Notes: generated by a model not told the origin, from the sequence alone. A stretch of 57,437 nt of DNA from a bacterium (GCA_037446635.1 JBBIIG010000026.1:1-57437), one strand, 5' to 3'; shown: positions 29,134-39,501, counted from the stretch's first letter. Numbers and translations are program-made.

Positions 29134-30156
29134 TTAATTCAATAGATTGACGCCGCAGCTTTCGCGCACCACCAACTCCGTTTGAAAACGCTTTTTGAAA
29201 TTTTCCGGACGCTGCCCAGAAATTTTTTCCATGAGCCGCTCCACTGCCAACTCCCCCATGTGCATGATGGGCTGGCGCATGGTGGTCAGGCCAACGTATT
29301 GCGACATTTCGATATCGTCGAAGCCCATGACCGCGATGTCTTTCGGGATATTCAGGCCGTGCTCGCGAATGGCCTGCATGGCGCCCACGGCCTGAATATC
29401 GCTGGAAACAAAAACCGCGCGCGGCTTGCTTTCGCCCAAGCTGAGCAAGCGCTGCATGGCGGTGTAACCGGCTTCTTTATTAAAGCCGTCGGCTTCGTTG
29501 GTGAAGTCACAAGCGACAAAATAATTTTCACAAAAGGGCAGGTGATTTTTCTCCAGCGCCCTTTTAAAGCCCTCGAGCCGCAGCCGCGCCGGAATGCTTT
29601 TAAGCTGGCCGTCGATCATGGCGATGGGGGAGTAGCCGGCGGCAATCAAATGCTGCGTGGCGCGGAAAGCGCCGTCAACGTTGTCCACGGTGATGCTGTC
29701 GAGATCGGGATGGTCGCTGTCCACCAGCACAATCGGAAAATGTTCGTTCACAAAGCGGCTCACAAATTCGTGGGTTATTTCCAGCGACACCAGCAGCACG
29801 CCATCGACTTTGCGTTCCTCGAGAGTACGCTGTAAAAAGGTTTCCTTTTTATGGGTCACGTCCACGCTGTACAAGATGAGGTCGTTTTTATACTCGGTGA
29901 TTTTTCTTTGAATGCCGCGCAAAAGCTCGACAAAAAAATAGCCCGTAAAGAATGGGATGATGCAGGCGATGGTGTTGGTTTTTTTACGGGCTAAACTTTG
30001 TGCTACAGTGTGTGGAAGGTAGTTGAGCTCTTTGATAGCCTTTTGAACTTTGCGCCGCGTGGCCTCGGAAATCTGCGGGCTGTTATTGATAACCCTTGAT
30101 ACCGTTCCGATTCCGACGCCAGCTTTTTCGGCGACGTCGTAAATAGTGACAGGCAT
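29134..30156 (-). CDS. LacI-family transcriptional regulator
   Basis: TIYDVAEKAGVGIGTVSRVIN HTH; sugar-binding domain; LVVRESC. Confidence 0.95.
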   Translation of the reverse strand: MPVTIYDVAEKAGVGIGTVSRVINNSPQISEATRRKVQKAIKELNYLPHTVAQSLARKKTNTIACIIPFFTGYFFVELLRGIQRKITEYKNDLILYSVDVTHKKETFLQRTLEERKVDGVLLVSLEITHEFVSRFVNEHFPIVLVDSDHPDLDSITVDNVDGAFRATQHLIAAGYSPIAMIDGQLKSIPARLRLEGFKRALEKNHLPFCENYFVACDFTNEADGFNKEAGYTAMQRLLSLGESKPRAVFVSSDIQAVGAMQAIREHGLNIPKDIAVMGFDDIEMSQYVGLTTMRQPIMHMGELAVERLMEKISGQRPENFKKRFQTELVVRESCGVNLLN

Positions 30157-30217
30157 AGCCTTCAGGCTCAGTATGAAAGGTGAAGATTGGTCTCAGAATC
30201 GAAAGGAAACGAGAACC

Positions 30218-30231
30218 TGGAAGTGCTTCCA
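30218..30231. promoter_or_regulatory. Putative LacI-family operator
   Basis: Near-palindrome TGGAAGTGCTTCCA just downstream of the promoter. Confidence 0.7.
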
Positions 30232-30243
30232 AACGACAGCCTA

Positions 30244-30272
30244 AGTATAGAAAAGAAAATAACGTTTGTCAA
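30244..30272 (-). promoter_or_regulatory. sigma70 promoter of the starch locus
   Basis: TTGACA-N17-TATACT. Confidence 0.75.
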
Positions 30273-30369
30273 GATTTTTTTTTGGTTTTTAATATTTGGG
30301 TAATGGGCTGCTATAAAATGACCTTGACTTTTTATAGAGAAATTCTATATTGACAGCCGTTAACCATTC

Positions 30370-30442
30370 GGCGGTGTAGCTCAGCTGGCAGAGCAGCGGA
30401 ATCATAATCCGCGTGTCGGGGGTTCGACTCCCTCCACCGCTA
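30370..30442 (+). tRNA. tRNA-Met(CAT), probably elongator; CCA not encoded
   Basis: Cloverleaf: GGCGGTG/CACCGCT acceptor, GCGGA-ATCATAA-TCCGC anticodon arm, GTTCGA T-loop; upstream TTGACT-N16-TATATT. Confidence 0.93.
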
Positions 30443-30453
30443 CGCTCAGCGAT

Positions 30454-30489
30454 GATCAGACACTGTTTAAAACAGTGTCTGATCTTTTT
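30454..30489 (+). terminator. Intrinsic terminator after the tRNA
   Basis: GATCAGACACTGTT/AACAGTGTCTGATC stem followed by a T run. Confidence 0.8.
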
Positions 30490-30505
30490 AAGTAAGCCCT
30501 AAACC

Positions 30506-30799
30506 ATGACGCCCCGCAAAAAACTTTCCGAAACCGAAATCAAAGAAAAGCTCTCCGCCCTCCCCGGCTGGAGCATCGTGAATGGCAAGCTCCACAAAAC
30601 CTTCCAGTTTCCATCGTTCATCGCGGCCTTTGGTTTTATGACAGAAGTGGCGCTCGCCGCCGAAGCTTTGAACCATCATCCGGAGTGGTTCAACGTTTAT
30701 AATAAAGTAACCATCGATCTTTCCACTCACGATTTGGGGGGCATCAGCACGTTTGATTTTGAGCTGGCACAGAAGATCGAAAGCCTTTTAGCTCGATAG
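30506..30799 (+). CDS. phhB: Pterin-4a-carbinolamine dehydratase
   Basis: AEALNHHPEWFNVYNKV; LSTHDLGGIS. Confidence 0.92.
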   Translation: MTPRKKLSETEIKEKLSALPGWSIVNGKLHKTFQFPSFIAAFGFMTEVALAAEALNHHPEWFNVYNKVTIDLSTHDLGGISTFDFELAQKIESLLAR

Positions 30800-30991
30800 T
30801 GGCCCCCGCCCTACCCGCTTTCCCATTTTGCCCCCCCCACGAACATTAACCACGCGCAAACCGACTTCGATTTTTTTAAAGATAAAGCCTGCTTTTGCCG
30901 AATTTGATAGAGAATAGCTGTCGCCGTTTTTTAATTTCGCTGGTTTAAATGATTGCCACGAGCGACGGCCACTGAATTGGATTTGCTAAAT

Positions 30992-33313
30992 ATGTCAGAA
31001 ATACACGCCGCTGAGCTCAGCCGCAACGTCGAGAGCGATCAGCTCTTTCGGAAAATGTTCGAGCAGGGGCCGCTGGGAATGGCCATCGCCGATCGCCAGA
31101 TGAGGCTCCTCAAAGTCAATCCCCAATTGTGCCGGATGTTGGGCTACCGCGAAGACGAGTTGGTAGGCCGCACGATTGCCGAGATCACCCATGCGGATGA
31201 TGTTGTTAGAGACGTGGCGCTTTCAAAACGGCTGCTGGCCGGCGAGCTGCCGCATTATTCGGTGGAAAAACGTTATCTCAGAAAAAACGGCGAACCCATT
31301 TGGGTGGCGTTGACCGTTTCACTGATTACCGGCCAACATGGCGAGCCGGTTTATGCATTGGGGATGATCGAGGACATCTCCGCGCGCAAGCAAACAGAGT
31401 TGGCGCTGGCCCAGGCCCTGGCTTGGCAGCAAGCCATTTTCGAAGGCTCTCGCGACGCCATTTTCATCACCGACGCCCAAGCCCATTTCATCGAAGTCAA
31501 CCGCGCCGCCTGCGAGCTAACGGGTTTTTCGCGCGCCGAACTACTGATGATGAGCATTTCCGATCTGCACGAGGAGATCGATCTGCAGGCGTACCGCTTA
31601 TTTCACGGGCGCATCCTTGCTGGCGAGGAAATTATCACCGAAGCGAAAATTCTCCGCAAAGACGGCTCAAAAGTCGATACCGAGTTTAACAACCGTCGCA
31701 TCATCATTTCCGGCGTCCCCTACATGCACACGGTGGCGCGCGACCTGACGGAACGCCGACGCGCCGAGGAAGAACTACGTAAACTTTCGCACGCCGTTGA
31801 ACAGAGTCCGGCCTCGGTAATTATCACGGACCCCCGCGGCCACATCGAATACGTCAACCCCCGTTTCTGCCAGCTCACCGGCTACTCCGAGGCGGAGGTG
31901 ATTGGCAAGCAGCCCAGCATTTTGAAATCCGGTTACCATTCCCACGAGTTTTATAAACAGCTCTGGAAAACCATCACTGCCGGCAAACAATGGCGCGGCG
32001 AGTTTTGCAACAAGAAAAAGACCGGCGAGATTTACTGGGAATCCGCCTCCATTTGCGGCATCCGCAATCAGCAGGGGGAGATCACTCATTTCGTAGCCGT
32101 CAAAGAAGATATCTCCGAACGCAAACGCATCGAAAGCGATCTCAAAAAATCCGAAGAAAAGTACCGCACCCTTTTTGAGGTTTCTCAGGACGCGGTGCTG
32201 ATCACTCAGCCCGACGGAAAAATTCTCGACATCAACCCCGCCGGCGTCGAGATGTTCGGTTATCACAGCAAAGAGGATTTTTTCAACATCGGCAACGCCG
32301 CCGCACTATATGAGAAACCTACCGAACGCGCGCCGTTAATTAACCAACTTCTCGCCCACGGCTCAATTAAAGATCATGAAATACGGATGAAGAAAAAAGA
32401 CGGCGCTTCATTGGAGGTGTTGCTCACCTCTGCTACCATCCAAGATGAGAATGGCGAGCCGCTGGCGCTCTACGCCATTTTGCACGACCTCACCAATCGC
32501 AAGAAAATCGAGCGCCAGCTTTTGCACGCTCAAAAGATGGAAACCATCGCCACGCTGGTGAGCGGCATTGCCCACGATTTCAACAATCTGTTGGTGGTGA
32601 TTCTCGGCAACCTCGAATTTGTGCTGGAAGACCTCCGGCCCCACGATCCCATCCTGCCTAATTTGCAGCGCGTGGAAGAAGCGGCGCTGAAGGCGCGCGA
32701 TTTGATCAGCAAGCTGCTGAGCTTCAGCCGCCGCCAGGCGCTTAAGCCGCAGCCCATGAACTTGAATGCCGCCATTAAAGATGCGCTCGGTATGATGCAA
32801 ACGATCGTCGGCAACAATATTACTGTGGAAACCCGGCTGGCGCGCAACCTCAATTCCGTTCTCGCCGATCCCCTGCAAGTCCATCAAATTTTGATGAACC
32901 TGTGCGTCAACGCCCGCGACGCCATGCCCGGAGGCGGCCGGATTTTCCTCACCACCAAAAATATCAGCGCGGAGGAAATAAACGGGCTTCTGCAAACGAA
33001 TGGTTCGCGCCATTTTGTGCAACTAACGGTGAGCGATACCGGAGTGGGCATGAACAAAAAAATCCAGTCGCGGCTTTTTGAGCCCTTTTTTACGACCAAG
33101 CAAATTGGCAAAGGCACCGGCCTCGGACTGTCGGTGGTGTACGGCATCGTCAAACAGCATAAGGGGTACATCGAAGTTGAAAGCGAGCCCGGCGCCGGCG
33201 CCACCTTCAAAATTTATCTCCCAGCATCCGCGCCTCCGGAAAATGGGAAATCGAATAGAAGCAACTACGCGAAAACAAAGGAGACCATTCATGGCGAAAA
33301 TTTTGGTAATTGA
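30992..33313 (+). CDS. Cytoplasmic multi-PAS sensor histidine kinase (start could be 30953)
   Basis: Four PAS/PAC repeats; IAHDFNNLL; NLCVNARDAM; FEPFFTTK; GTGLGL. Confidence 0.9.
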   Translation: MSEIHAAELSRNVESDQLFRKMFEQGPLGMAIADRQMRLLKVNPQLCRMLGYREDELVGRTIAEITHADDVVRDVALSKRLLAGELPHYSVEKRYLRKNGEPIWVALTVSLITGQHGEPVYALGMIEDISARKQTELALAQALAWQQAIFEGSRDAIFITDAQAHFIEVNRAACELTGFSRAELLMMSISDLHEEIDLQAYRLFHGRILAGEEIITEAKILRKDGSKVDTEFNNRRIIISGVPYMHTVARDLTERRRAEEELRKLSHAVEQSPASVIITDPRGHIEYVNPRFCQLTGYSEAEVIGKQPSILKSGYHSHEFYKQLWKTITAGKQWRGEFCNKKKTGEIYWESASICGIRNQQGEITHFVAVKEDISERKRIESDLKKSEEKYRTLFEVSQDAVLITQPDGKILDINPAGVEMFGYHSKEDFFNIGNAAALYEKPTERAPLINQLLAHGSIKDHEIRMKKKDGASLEVLLTSATIQDENGEPLALYAILHDLTNRKKIERQLLHAQKMETIATLVSGIAHDFNNLLVVILGNLEFVLEDLRPHDPILPNLQRVEEAALKARDLISKLLSFSRRQALKPQPMNLNAAIKDALGMMQTIVGNNITVETRLARNLNSVLADPLQVHQILMNLCVNARDAMPGGGRIFLTTKNISAEEINGLLQTNGSRHFVQLTVSDTGVGMNKKIQSRLFEPFFTTKQIGKGTGLGLSVVYGIVKQHKGYIEVESEPGAGATFKIYLPASAPPENGKSNRSNYAKTKETIHGENFGN

Positions 33314-33653
33314 CGATCTCACCGAAGCGCGCGAAATCGTTCGCAAAATGCTGGAGCGGGGCGGGCACACGGTGGTTGAAGCTGCAAACGGTTTGCAAGC
33401 GAAAAAATTAATGCGACAGGCTTCCGTGGATGTGATCGTCACCGATATTTTGATGCCGGACATGGATGGTCTCGAAACCATTCGCTTTTTTCGGAAAATG
33501 CAGCCCAAGCTGCCGATCATCGCCATGACCGGTTCCATCAGCGAGCCGTTTATGGAAGCGGCGCAGACCTTTGGCGCGGTGCACGGGTTATTCAAACCCT
33601 TCAAACAGGCCGAATTGCTGGCGGCCGTGGAACAGGCGCTATCGCAAGCTTGA
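33291..33653 (+). CDS. Single-domain response regulator (CheY-like)
   Basis: [29 protein letters not shown]. Confidence 0.88.
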   Translation: MAKILVIDDLTEAREIVRKMLERGGHTVVEAANGLQAKKLMRQASVDVIVTDILMPDMDGLETIRFFRKMQPKLPIIAMTGSISEPFMEAAQTFGAVHGLFKPFKQAELLAAVEQALSQA

Positions 33654-33786
33654 GTTTTTGCGTAGGCCGTCGATACTTATTGTATTAGTGCCAGCATTCT
33701 CGGCTGTCATCGCGATTTTACACAGGAACTTTCAAAGTCAGAGAAAGGACTCTCAGTTGCACTTGGCTGTAGAAAAATCTAACGGC

Positions 33787-35136
33787 ATGAAACCAGAAAT
33801 TCGGCTTTTGCTGGTGGAAGGCAATCCCGCCGATGTACGCCGGCTGCAGGAAATTTTACAAGCATCACCCAGCGCGCAAAATTTTATCCTCGTCGCGGTA
33901 CCAACTCTGGAACTAGCGCTGCAGCACATATCAGCTAATTCATTTGATGCGGCGTTGTTGGATTTGAATTTGCCGGACGGCGGCGGCCTCGCCAATCTTG
34001 AAGAAATCCGCAAACGGAATCCGCAAACGCCGGTGGTGATTTTGACCGGATTAGACGACGAAGAGCTGGCGGCAGAGGCCATGCGCAAAGGCGCGCAGGA
34101 TTATTTAATCAAAGGCCAAATGGACGGCGATCGCTTGCGCCGCGCCATCCGCTACGCCATCGAACGCAACCGACTGCTTCTGGCGCTGTCGGAAGAATGG
34201 AACAAACGCAAAAGCAAGAACAATTACGAATTTTTCAACACTGCGAACGGCGCCGTTTTCTTCGAGCGCACCAAGATGGAAAATCTTCTCCGCAGCGCCG
34301 TGGAGAAAGGGGAGATGCGGCTCTATTATCAACCGCAAGTGGATTTGCGCAGCGGCGATTTAAGCGGCGTCGAGGCGCTGCTGCGCTGGCAGCACCCGCA
34401 GCTCGGCCTGCTGCCGCCCGCCAAATTTATCCCCCTCGCTGAAGAGACCGGCTTGATTGTTCCCATTGGCGAATGGGTTTTGCAAACCGCCTGCGCTCAG
34501 GCGCGCGCCTGGCAGGATGCCGGACTGGGTCCGCTGAAGGTGGCGGTCAACCTTTCGGCGCGGCAATTTCACGCTCTGAATTTGAAGGAGATAATTAGCG
34601 CGGCGCTGGCCCAAAGCGGCCTGCCGCCGAATTTGTTGGCTTTGGAGCTCACGGAAACCGACGCCATGCAGAACGTCGAGTCCACCATCTCCACCCTGCA
34701 GAGTTTGAAGAAGATGGGCGTGCAAATCGCCATCGACGACTTCGGCACCGGCTACGCCTCGCTGAGTTACCTTAAACGTTTCCCCATCGACACCTTAAAA
34801 ATCGATCGCTCGTTCGTAAATGGCCTGCACGATTTTCACGACGATTGGGCGATCACCTCCACCATCATTTCCCTCGCGCACCGCTTGAAACTGAACGTGC
34901 TGGCGGAAGGCATCGAAAACGCCGAGCAGATTGCCTACTTGCGTTCTCTCAAATGCGATATGATTCAGGGCTTTTATATCAGCCGCCCGCTGCCGGCCGA
35001 ACTGGTGGGAAAGCTTTTGGAGGCCGGCAATCTCTCCAAAATTTTGCCGGTGTCCAAAACCGAGGTGCGAGTGGTGGAGGAAGCGGTTGCAGCTCGGCAG
35101 GTTGTTTACGTGGAAGAACTTGCAAGCCAGTGTTGA
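33787..35136 (+). CDS. REC-EAL c-di-GMP phosphodiesterase
   Basis: LLDLNLPD receiver; [38 protein letters not shown]. Confidence 0.88.
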   Translation: MKPEIRLLLVEGNPADVRRLQEILQASPSAQNFILVAVPTLELALQHISANSFDAALLDLNLPDGGGLANLEEIRKRNPQTPVVILTGLDDEELAAEAMRKGAQDYLIKGQMDGDRLRRAIRYAIERNRLLLALSEEWNKRKSKNNYEFFNTANGAVFFERTKMENLLRSAVEKGEMRLYYQPQVDLRSGDLSGVEALLRWQHPQLGLLPPAKFIPLAEETGLIVPIGEWVLQTACAQARAWQDAGLGPLKVAVNLSARQFHALNLKEIISAALAQSGLPPNLLALELTETDAMQNVESTISTLQSLKKMGVQIAIDDFGTGYASLSYLKRFPIDTLKIDRSFVNGLHDFHDDWAITSTIISLAHRLKLNVLAEGIENAEQIAYLRSLKCDMIQGFYISRPLPAELVGKLLEAGNLSKILPVSKTEVRVVEEAVAARQVVYVEELASQC

Positions 35137-35137
35137 A

Positions 35138-35290
35138 TCAATCCCACTTTTGATCGTCGAAGATGCGCAGGATTTCCAGCTTCTGGTCAGTGCTCAGGTT
35201 GTACTGATCGAGGATGCGCCAGAGGTTCTCGCCTTTCTCCAGCCGTTTTTGAATCTCTTTTAAAATTTTCGGATCGGGCGGTTTCGTCAT
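35138..35290 (-). CDS. Small 50-aa hypothetical protein (not in ORF track)
   Basis: MTKPPDPKILKEIQKRLEKGENLWRILDQYNLSTDQKLEILRIFDDQKWD; purine-rich AAGGAATAGGA upstream. Confidence 0.6.
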   Translation of the reverse strand: MTKPPDPKILKEIQKRLEKGENLWRILDQYNLSTDQKLEILRIFDDQKWD

Positions 35291-35365
35291 CGTCCTATTC
35301 CTTAATTTTAGAAAACGTTCCTCCCCCCTTTTTAGCTTTTTAAAATGAGAGATTCTGATGATGGG

Positions 35366-35752
35366 TCAGCCGTTCAAAGCGCTGTTGGCTTTTTTGTCGT
35401 CGGTGGTGGAAAGCACCAGCAGGCTGCTTTGGCCAGTCGCCGTGGCGTAGGCCTGCTCGATGTTGATTTTTTTCTTCGCCAGGTTGTTGGCCAGCTCCGC
35501 CAGCGCGCCGGGGTGGTTCTTCAATTCCACCGTCAGCACGCTGCCCTCGCCATACATCAGGCCTAATTTGTGCAGAATTTCTTTGGCGCGCTCGGTATCG
35601 TCAACGATAATTTTAACGATGCCCCATTCCAGATCGTCTGCCACCGTGATGGCGCGGATGTTAATGTTGGCTTTGGACAGCGCCGCGCACAACTCCCCCA
35701 GACTTCCAACTTTGTTTTGCACAAAGACCGAGAGTTGCTTTTCGATCGCCAT
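35366..35752 (-). CDS. Tandem ACT-domain protein
   Basis: QLSVFVQNKVGSL; NHPGALA..INIE; GGAGG RBS; upstream TTGATT-N17-TATACT. Confidence 0.85.
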   Translation of the reverse strand: MAIEKQLSVFVQNKVGSLGELCAALSKANINIRAITVADDLEWGIVKIIVDDTERAKEILHKLGLMYGEGSVLTVELKNHPGALAELANNLAKKKINIEQAYATATGQSSLLVLSTTDDKKANSALNG

Positions 35753-35958
35753 GTTTCGCCCCTCCGTTTTATAATTTTAGTATAACCATGCCGCGCTGCA
35801 AAATCAAGCGAAATATCCGGGCTTGATTTTTTAGCCGAGGGGTGGTATTATTCATAAACGCAAAGCTGGCGCAAAAGCGGTTAAAATTTTTCCTTGCGCC
35901 CTTTGCGTTATCTTAGCGAACTTTGCGGTTTGAAAAAGTTAGTGAGGAAGGCCCGAGT

Positions 35959-36264
35959 ATGATCAAGCACATCGTCATGTGGAAATTAAAAGATTTTGCC
36001 GAGGGCGCCGACAAAGCCGAAAACGCCCGCCGGCTGAAAGCGAAATTGGAGGGCTTGCGCGGCGTGATTCCCGAATTCAAAACCGCCGAGGTGGGGATCA
36101 ACTTTGCCGCCGGCGACGCCGCGTTCGACGTGGTACTCTACTCCGAGTTCGAGAGCAAAGATGCGCTGCGGGCGTATCAAAATCACCCCGAGCATCAAAA
36201 GCTGATTCGTGAGTTTCTCGATAAAATTCGCATCGACAAAAAAGTTGTGGATTACGAAATCTAA
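35959..36264 (+). CDS. Dabb family (stress-responsive A/B barrel) protein
   Basis: MIKHIVMWKLK; YQNHPEH; VVDYE. Confidence 0.88.
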   Translation: MIKHIVMWKLKDFAEGADKAENARRLKAKLEGLRGVIPEFKTAEVGINFAAGDAAFDVVLYSEFESKDALRAYQNHPEHQKLIREFLDKIRIDKKVVDYEI

Positions 36265-36328
36265 AACTTGTCCAAAACTTTGCTAACCTTTGAAGGTTTA
36301 GTAAAGTTATTTATGATGATCACATTCC

Positions 36329-37393
36329 ATGAAAATTGCCATCACGGCCGACCTCCATCTCACCACCCGCAACCAGCACCCCGAACGTTATTCGGCGCTG
36401 GCAAACATTTTTGAGCAGATGCTGAGCCGCGGCATTCACACGCTGATCGTGGCCGGCGATCTCTTCGATGAATCCAGCAGCAACTACGGCGAGTTCGACG
36501 CCTTTTGCAAACAACCCCAGTTTGCTGGCCTGCGGCTGCTCATCCTCCCCGGCAACCACGACGCACGCCTCGCCAACCATTCCTTCACCGCCAGCAACCT
36601 CGAAGTGTTTTCCGAACCCACCCTGCGCGCTTTCGCGGAGAACGGGCTGAAATTTCTGTTTCTGCCTTTCAAGCGCGAGCGCACCATGGGCGACGACATC
36701 GCGGCGCACGCCCATCAGCTTCCCGCCAACAAATGGGTGCTGATTGGCCACGGCGATTGGGCCGAGGGCATGCGCGATCCCAATCCCTACGAGCCCGGCG
36801 TGTATATGCCGTTGACGCGCGCAGACGTCGAGACTTTCAAGCCGGCGCGCGCCATTCTCGGCCACATTCACAAACCGTGGGACGGCGCGCGGGTGCACTA
36901 CGCCGGCTCCCCGTGCGGCCTCGCCATCAACGAAACCGGCCGCCGCCGCTTTCTGATTCTCGACACCGACACCGGCGCGGTAACCTCGCAAACGGTGGTG
37001 ACCGACGTTTTGTTTTTCAACGAAGTTTTTGTGGTGCTGCCGCTGCGGGACGAGATCGAATTTTTGAAAAAGCAGATCGCCGATCGCATCAAAAGTTGGG
37101 GACTGGCGCCCGTGGAATATTCCAAAGTGCGGCTGCAGGTGCGGGCCCTGGGGTACAGCGCCAACAAACGCCGGCTGCACGAAACCTTCAAAACCGCGTT
37201 TGCGGAATTTTCGTTCCACCGCGATCAGGAGCCAGAGCTTTCGCAAGTGGCGGAGGCCGACGACCTCAACCGCGCCGAAATCGCCCAGCAAGTTTCCGCG
37301 TGGCTCGAAAAGCTCGAGTGGAATTCCGCGCCCGACCAGCCAGACAAACATCAAATCCTCCTCGAAGCGCTGCACCTCATTTATGGAAATTGA
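36329..37393 (+). CDS. Mre11/SbcD/YhaO-like metallophosphoesterase nuclease
   Basis: ADLH; AGDLFD; PGNHD; LGHIH; YAGSP. Confidence 0.85.
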   Translation: MKIAITADLHLTTRNQHPERYSALANIFEQMLSRGIHTLIVAGDLFDESSSNYGEFDAFCKQPQFAGLRLLILPGNHDARLANHSFTASNLEVFSEPTLRAFAENGLKFLFLPFKRERTMGDDIAAHAHQLPANKWVLIGHGDWAEGMRDPNPYEPGVYMPLTRADVETFKPARAILGHIHKPWDGARVHYAGSPCGLAINETGRRRFLILDTDTGAVTSQTVVTDVLFFNEVFVVLPLRDEIEFLKKQIADRIKSWGLAPVEYSKVRLQVRALGYSANKRRLHETFKTAFAEFSFHRDQEPELSQVAEADDLNRAEIAQQVSAWLEKLEWNSAPDQPDKHQILLEALHLIYGN

Positions 37394-37395
37394 TC

Positions 37396-39501
37396 ATGCC
37401 GGTGTTCATTCAAGAAATCAACGTTCAAAACTTAGGGCCGCTGCGCCAACTGTCGCTGCCGCTTAAAAAATTCAATTTGATTTACGGTCGCAACGAACAG
37501 GGCAAAACCCATTTGGTGGAATTTGTGATTCGCGCGCTGTTTCGCAACGCCAAAGAGTGGGGTTTGCGGCCGCAGCAGGGCGGCGGCAAGGTGCTGGTGG
37601 CCGGGCTGCGCAATGGCCAGCCGACGGAGTTCAGCGCCCTCTCTCCAAAAAAATTGGAAGATTTTTGGGAAGAAGGCAGCGTCGGCCTGCCGCCGGATTT
37701 TTCCAAATTGCTGGTGGTGAAGGGCGCGCAGGTAGAGCTGGCCAACACCGCCGGCGGCGTTGACAAAACGATTTTGAAACGCATTCTTTCCAGCCGCGAG
37801 CTGTTGGATAAAATCGAAAAAAAGATTTCTTCCAGCATTCAAAAATGCGAGCTGGCGAACGGCGACATTTTGGGGCCCAACACCGGCGAGCGCAAAAAGC
37901 GCAACGAGCTGCGGGAGGAGCTGGCGAAGATCGACGAGCTGTTCGGCGCGATCGACAAAAGTTTTTCCGGCGGCCGCCGCCAGGCGCTGCTCGATGAGCT
38001 CGAAACGTTGCAGCGCCAGCGCGATGCACAAATGCGTGCAAAACAGTTTCTGGCGTTTCAAACGAACGCGGAGTTGCAGCGGCTGCGCGAGGAACGCCGG
38101 CGAATTCCCTCGGAGAAAATTCAAGAGGTGCGCGGCGAGCTGAATTTGCTGAGGCAGAAAACGGCGGAGTACCGCGCCAAACAGGACGCGCTGCGCGAAG
38201 CCGAAACCCGCAGCCAGCACTACCCTTGGTTGAAGAGCGCCCGCGATGTGTATCGCCAGGCGCTGGACAGCGACGCGGCGCCGGCGCCGCACGGGCTGGC
38301 GATCGTTTCTGCGGCGCTGATCGTTTTGGCCGCAGCGTTGACGTTTCTCCTGCCTGCGCAGGCAGGCGATTTTTCGATTTTGACGGCCGCGGCGCTGGCC
38401 GGCGCGCTGGCTTGCGGTGGGTTTTATGTTCACAAGCTGCGCCGCGCCGCCCAGCGCGTGCCGGAAAGCCTTGAGCTAACAAATCTCCAGCAGGAATTTA
38501 AAAACCGTTTTGGCCGCGAGCTCGCCGGTCTGCCCGCGATTCTGGAGCTTCTCCAAACTCTGGAAGAAGATTACAATCACGCCCGCTTGCTCAAAAAGCA
38601 ACTCGCGGAGGAATACAACTTCATCAAAAGCGGGCAGCGAAAATTGGATGAGCAGATGGCGGTTTTGACCGGCGAGAAAAAGGATCCGAAAACCTGGGAA
38701 GAGGCGCTGCGGCTGCTGGAAAATCACGCGCAAAAATTAGATACTCAAATTCACGAGAAGGATAAATTGCTGGCGAGGCTCTCGGTGGACGCCTCCGATT
38801 TTCTGGCCGAGCGTCCGGAGGTGGAATACAGCAAGCAGCGGCTGGAGGCGTTGGAGGAAACCTGCCGCCGGCTGCAGGCGGAAATCGCGGCCGAAACCCG
38901 CAAGCTTGAAAGTTTAAAGCAGCGAATTTGTGACGTCACGCGCGAGGATATCGCCGCGGACTGGGAGGCGCTGATCGAAAAGCTGCGGCAAAAGCGCGAG
39001 CACATCGCTGAAGAGTATAAACAGAAAACCGCGGAGATCGTCGGTAAGATCGCGGTGCGGGAGGTGATCGCCGAACTGCGCAAAACCGAGGACAGCAAAA
39101 TTCTGGCGGGGTTGAAATCGCCCGAGGTGGAGACGCCGCTGCAGCAGGTGACCGGCCGTTACCGCAGCCTGGCGCTGGATGGCGATAAACTGATGGTCTC
39201 CGATCCCTTCAACACGTTCTCGCTTTCCGAGTTGAGCAGCGGCGCGCAGGAGCAGGTGCTGCTGGCGCTGCGCATCGGGTTCTGCGCGCGGCTAATGGGA
39301 CGAGATCGCCTGTTTCTGATTTTGGACGATGCCTTCCAATATTCCGATTGGCAGCGCCGCAAATTGCTGGTGGAGAAAGTCGCGTCGCTGGCGCGCGACG
39401 GCTGGCAGATCATTTACTTCACGATGGATGACAACTTGCGGGAATTGTTTGACGCCGCCGGCAAAAATTTCGGCGAGGAGTATAAGTTTGTCGAGCTGTA
39501 A
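37396..39501 (+). CDS. Rad50/SbcC/YhaN-like ABC-type ATPase with coiled coil and central hydrophobic hairpin
   Basis: GRNEQGKT Walker A; LSSGAQEQ signature; ILDDAF Walker B; ATG 2 nt after nuclease stop. Confidence 0.85.
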   Translation: MPVFIQEINVQNLGPLRQLSLPLKKFNLIYGRNEQGKTHLVEFVIRALFRNAKEWGLRPQQGGGKVLVAGLRNGQPTEFSALSPKKLEDFWEEGSVGLPPDFSKLLVVKGAQVELANTAGGVDKTILKRILSSRELLDKIEKKISSSIQKCELANGDILGPNTGERKKRNELREELAKIDELFGAIDKSFSGGRRQALLDELETLQRQRDAQMRAKQFLAFQTNAELQRLREERRRIPSEKIQEVRGELNLLRQKTAEYRAKQDALREAETRSQHYPWLKSARDVYRQALDSDAAPAPHGLAIVSAALIVLAAALTFLLPAQAGDFSILTAAALAGALACGGFYVHKLRRAAQRVPESLELTNLQQEFKNRFGRELAGLPAILELLQTLEEDYNHARLLKKQLAEEYNFIKSGQRKLDEQMAVLTGEKKDPKTWEEALRLLENHAQKLDTQIHEKDKLLARLSVDASDFLAERPEVEYSKQRLEALEETCRRLQAEIAAETRKLESLKQRICDVTREDIAADWEALIEKLRQKREHIAEEYKQKTAEIVGKIAVREVIAELRKTEDSKILAGLKSPEVETPLQQVTGRYRSLALDGDKLMVSDPFNTFSLSELSSGAQEQVLLALRIGFCARLMGRDRLFLILDDAFQYSDWQRRKLLVEKVASLARDGWQIIYFTMDDNLRELFDAAGKNFGEEYKFVEL
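38349..38366. repeat. 18-bp palindrome CCTGCCTGCGCAGGCAGG in frame in the ATPase
   Basis: Identical to the insert at 15546-15563; encodes LPAQAG. Confidence 0.7.

Noticed and set aside
30370..30442. tRNA as an integration site for an island
   Set aside because: No integrase and no duplicated tRNA 3' end noticed by eye; an alignment would be needed to exclude it fully
33078..33290. Extension of the response regulator, or a frameshifted hybrid kinase
   Set aside because: The regulator has its own RBS and ATG at 33291 and looks like a stand-alone CheY-like protein
33571..33786. Extension of the REC-EAL ORF
   Set aside because: Overlaps the upstream gene; the receiver domain begins at MKPEIR
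36505..37395. N-terminal extension of the 998-aa ORF, or a nuclease-ATPase frameshift fusion
   Set aside because: Arg/Pro-rich off-frame shadow of the nuclease; Walker A domain starts at ATG 37396 and no slippery site was seen
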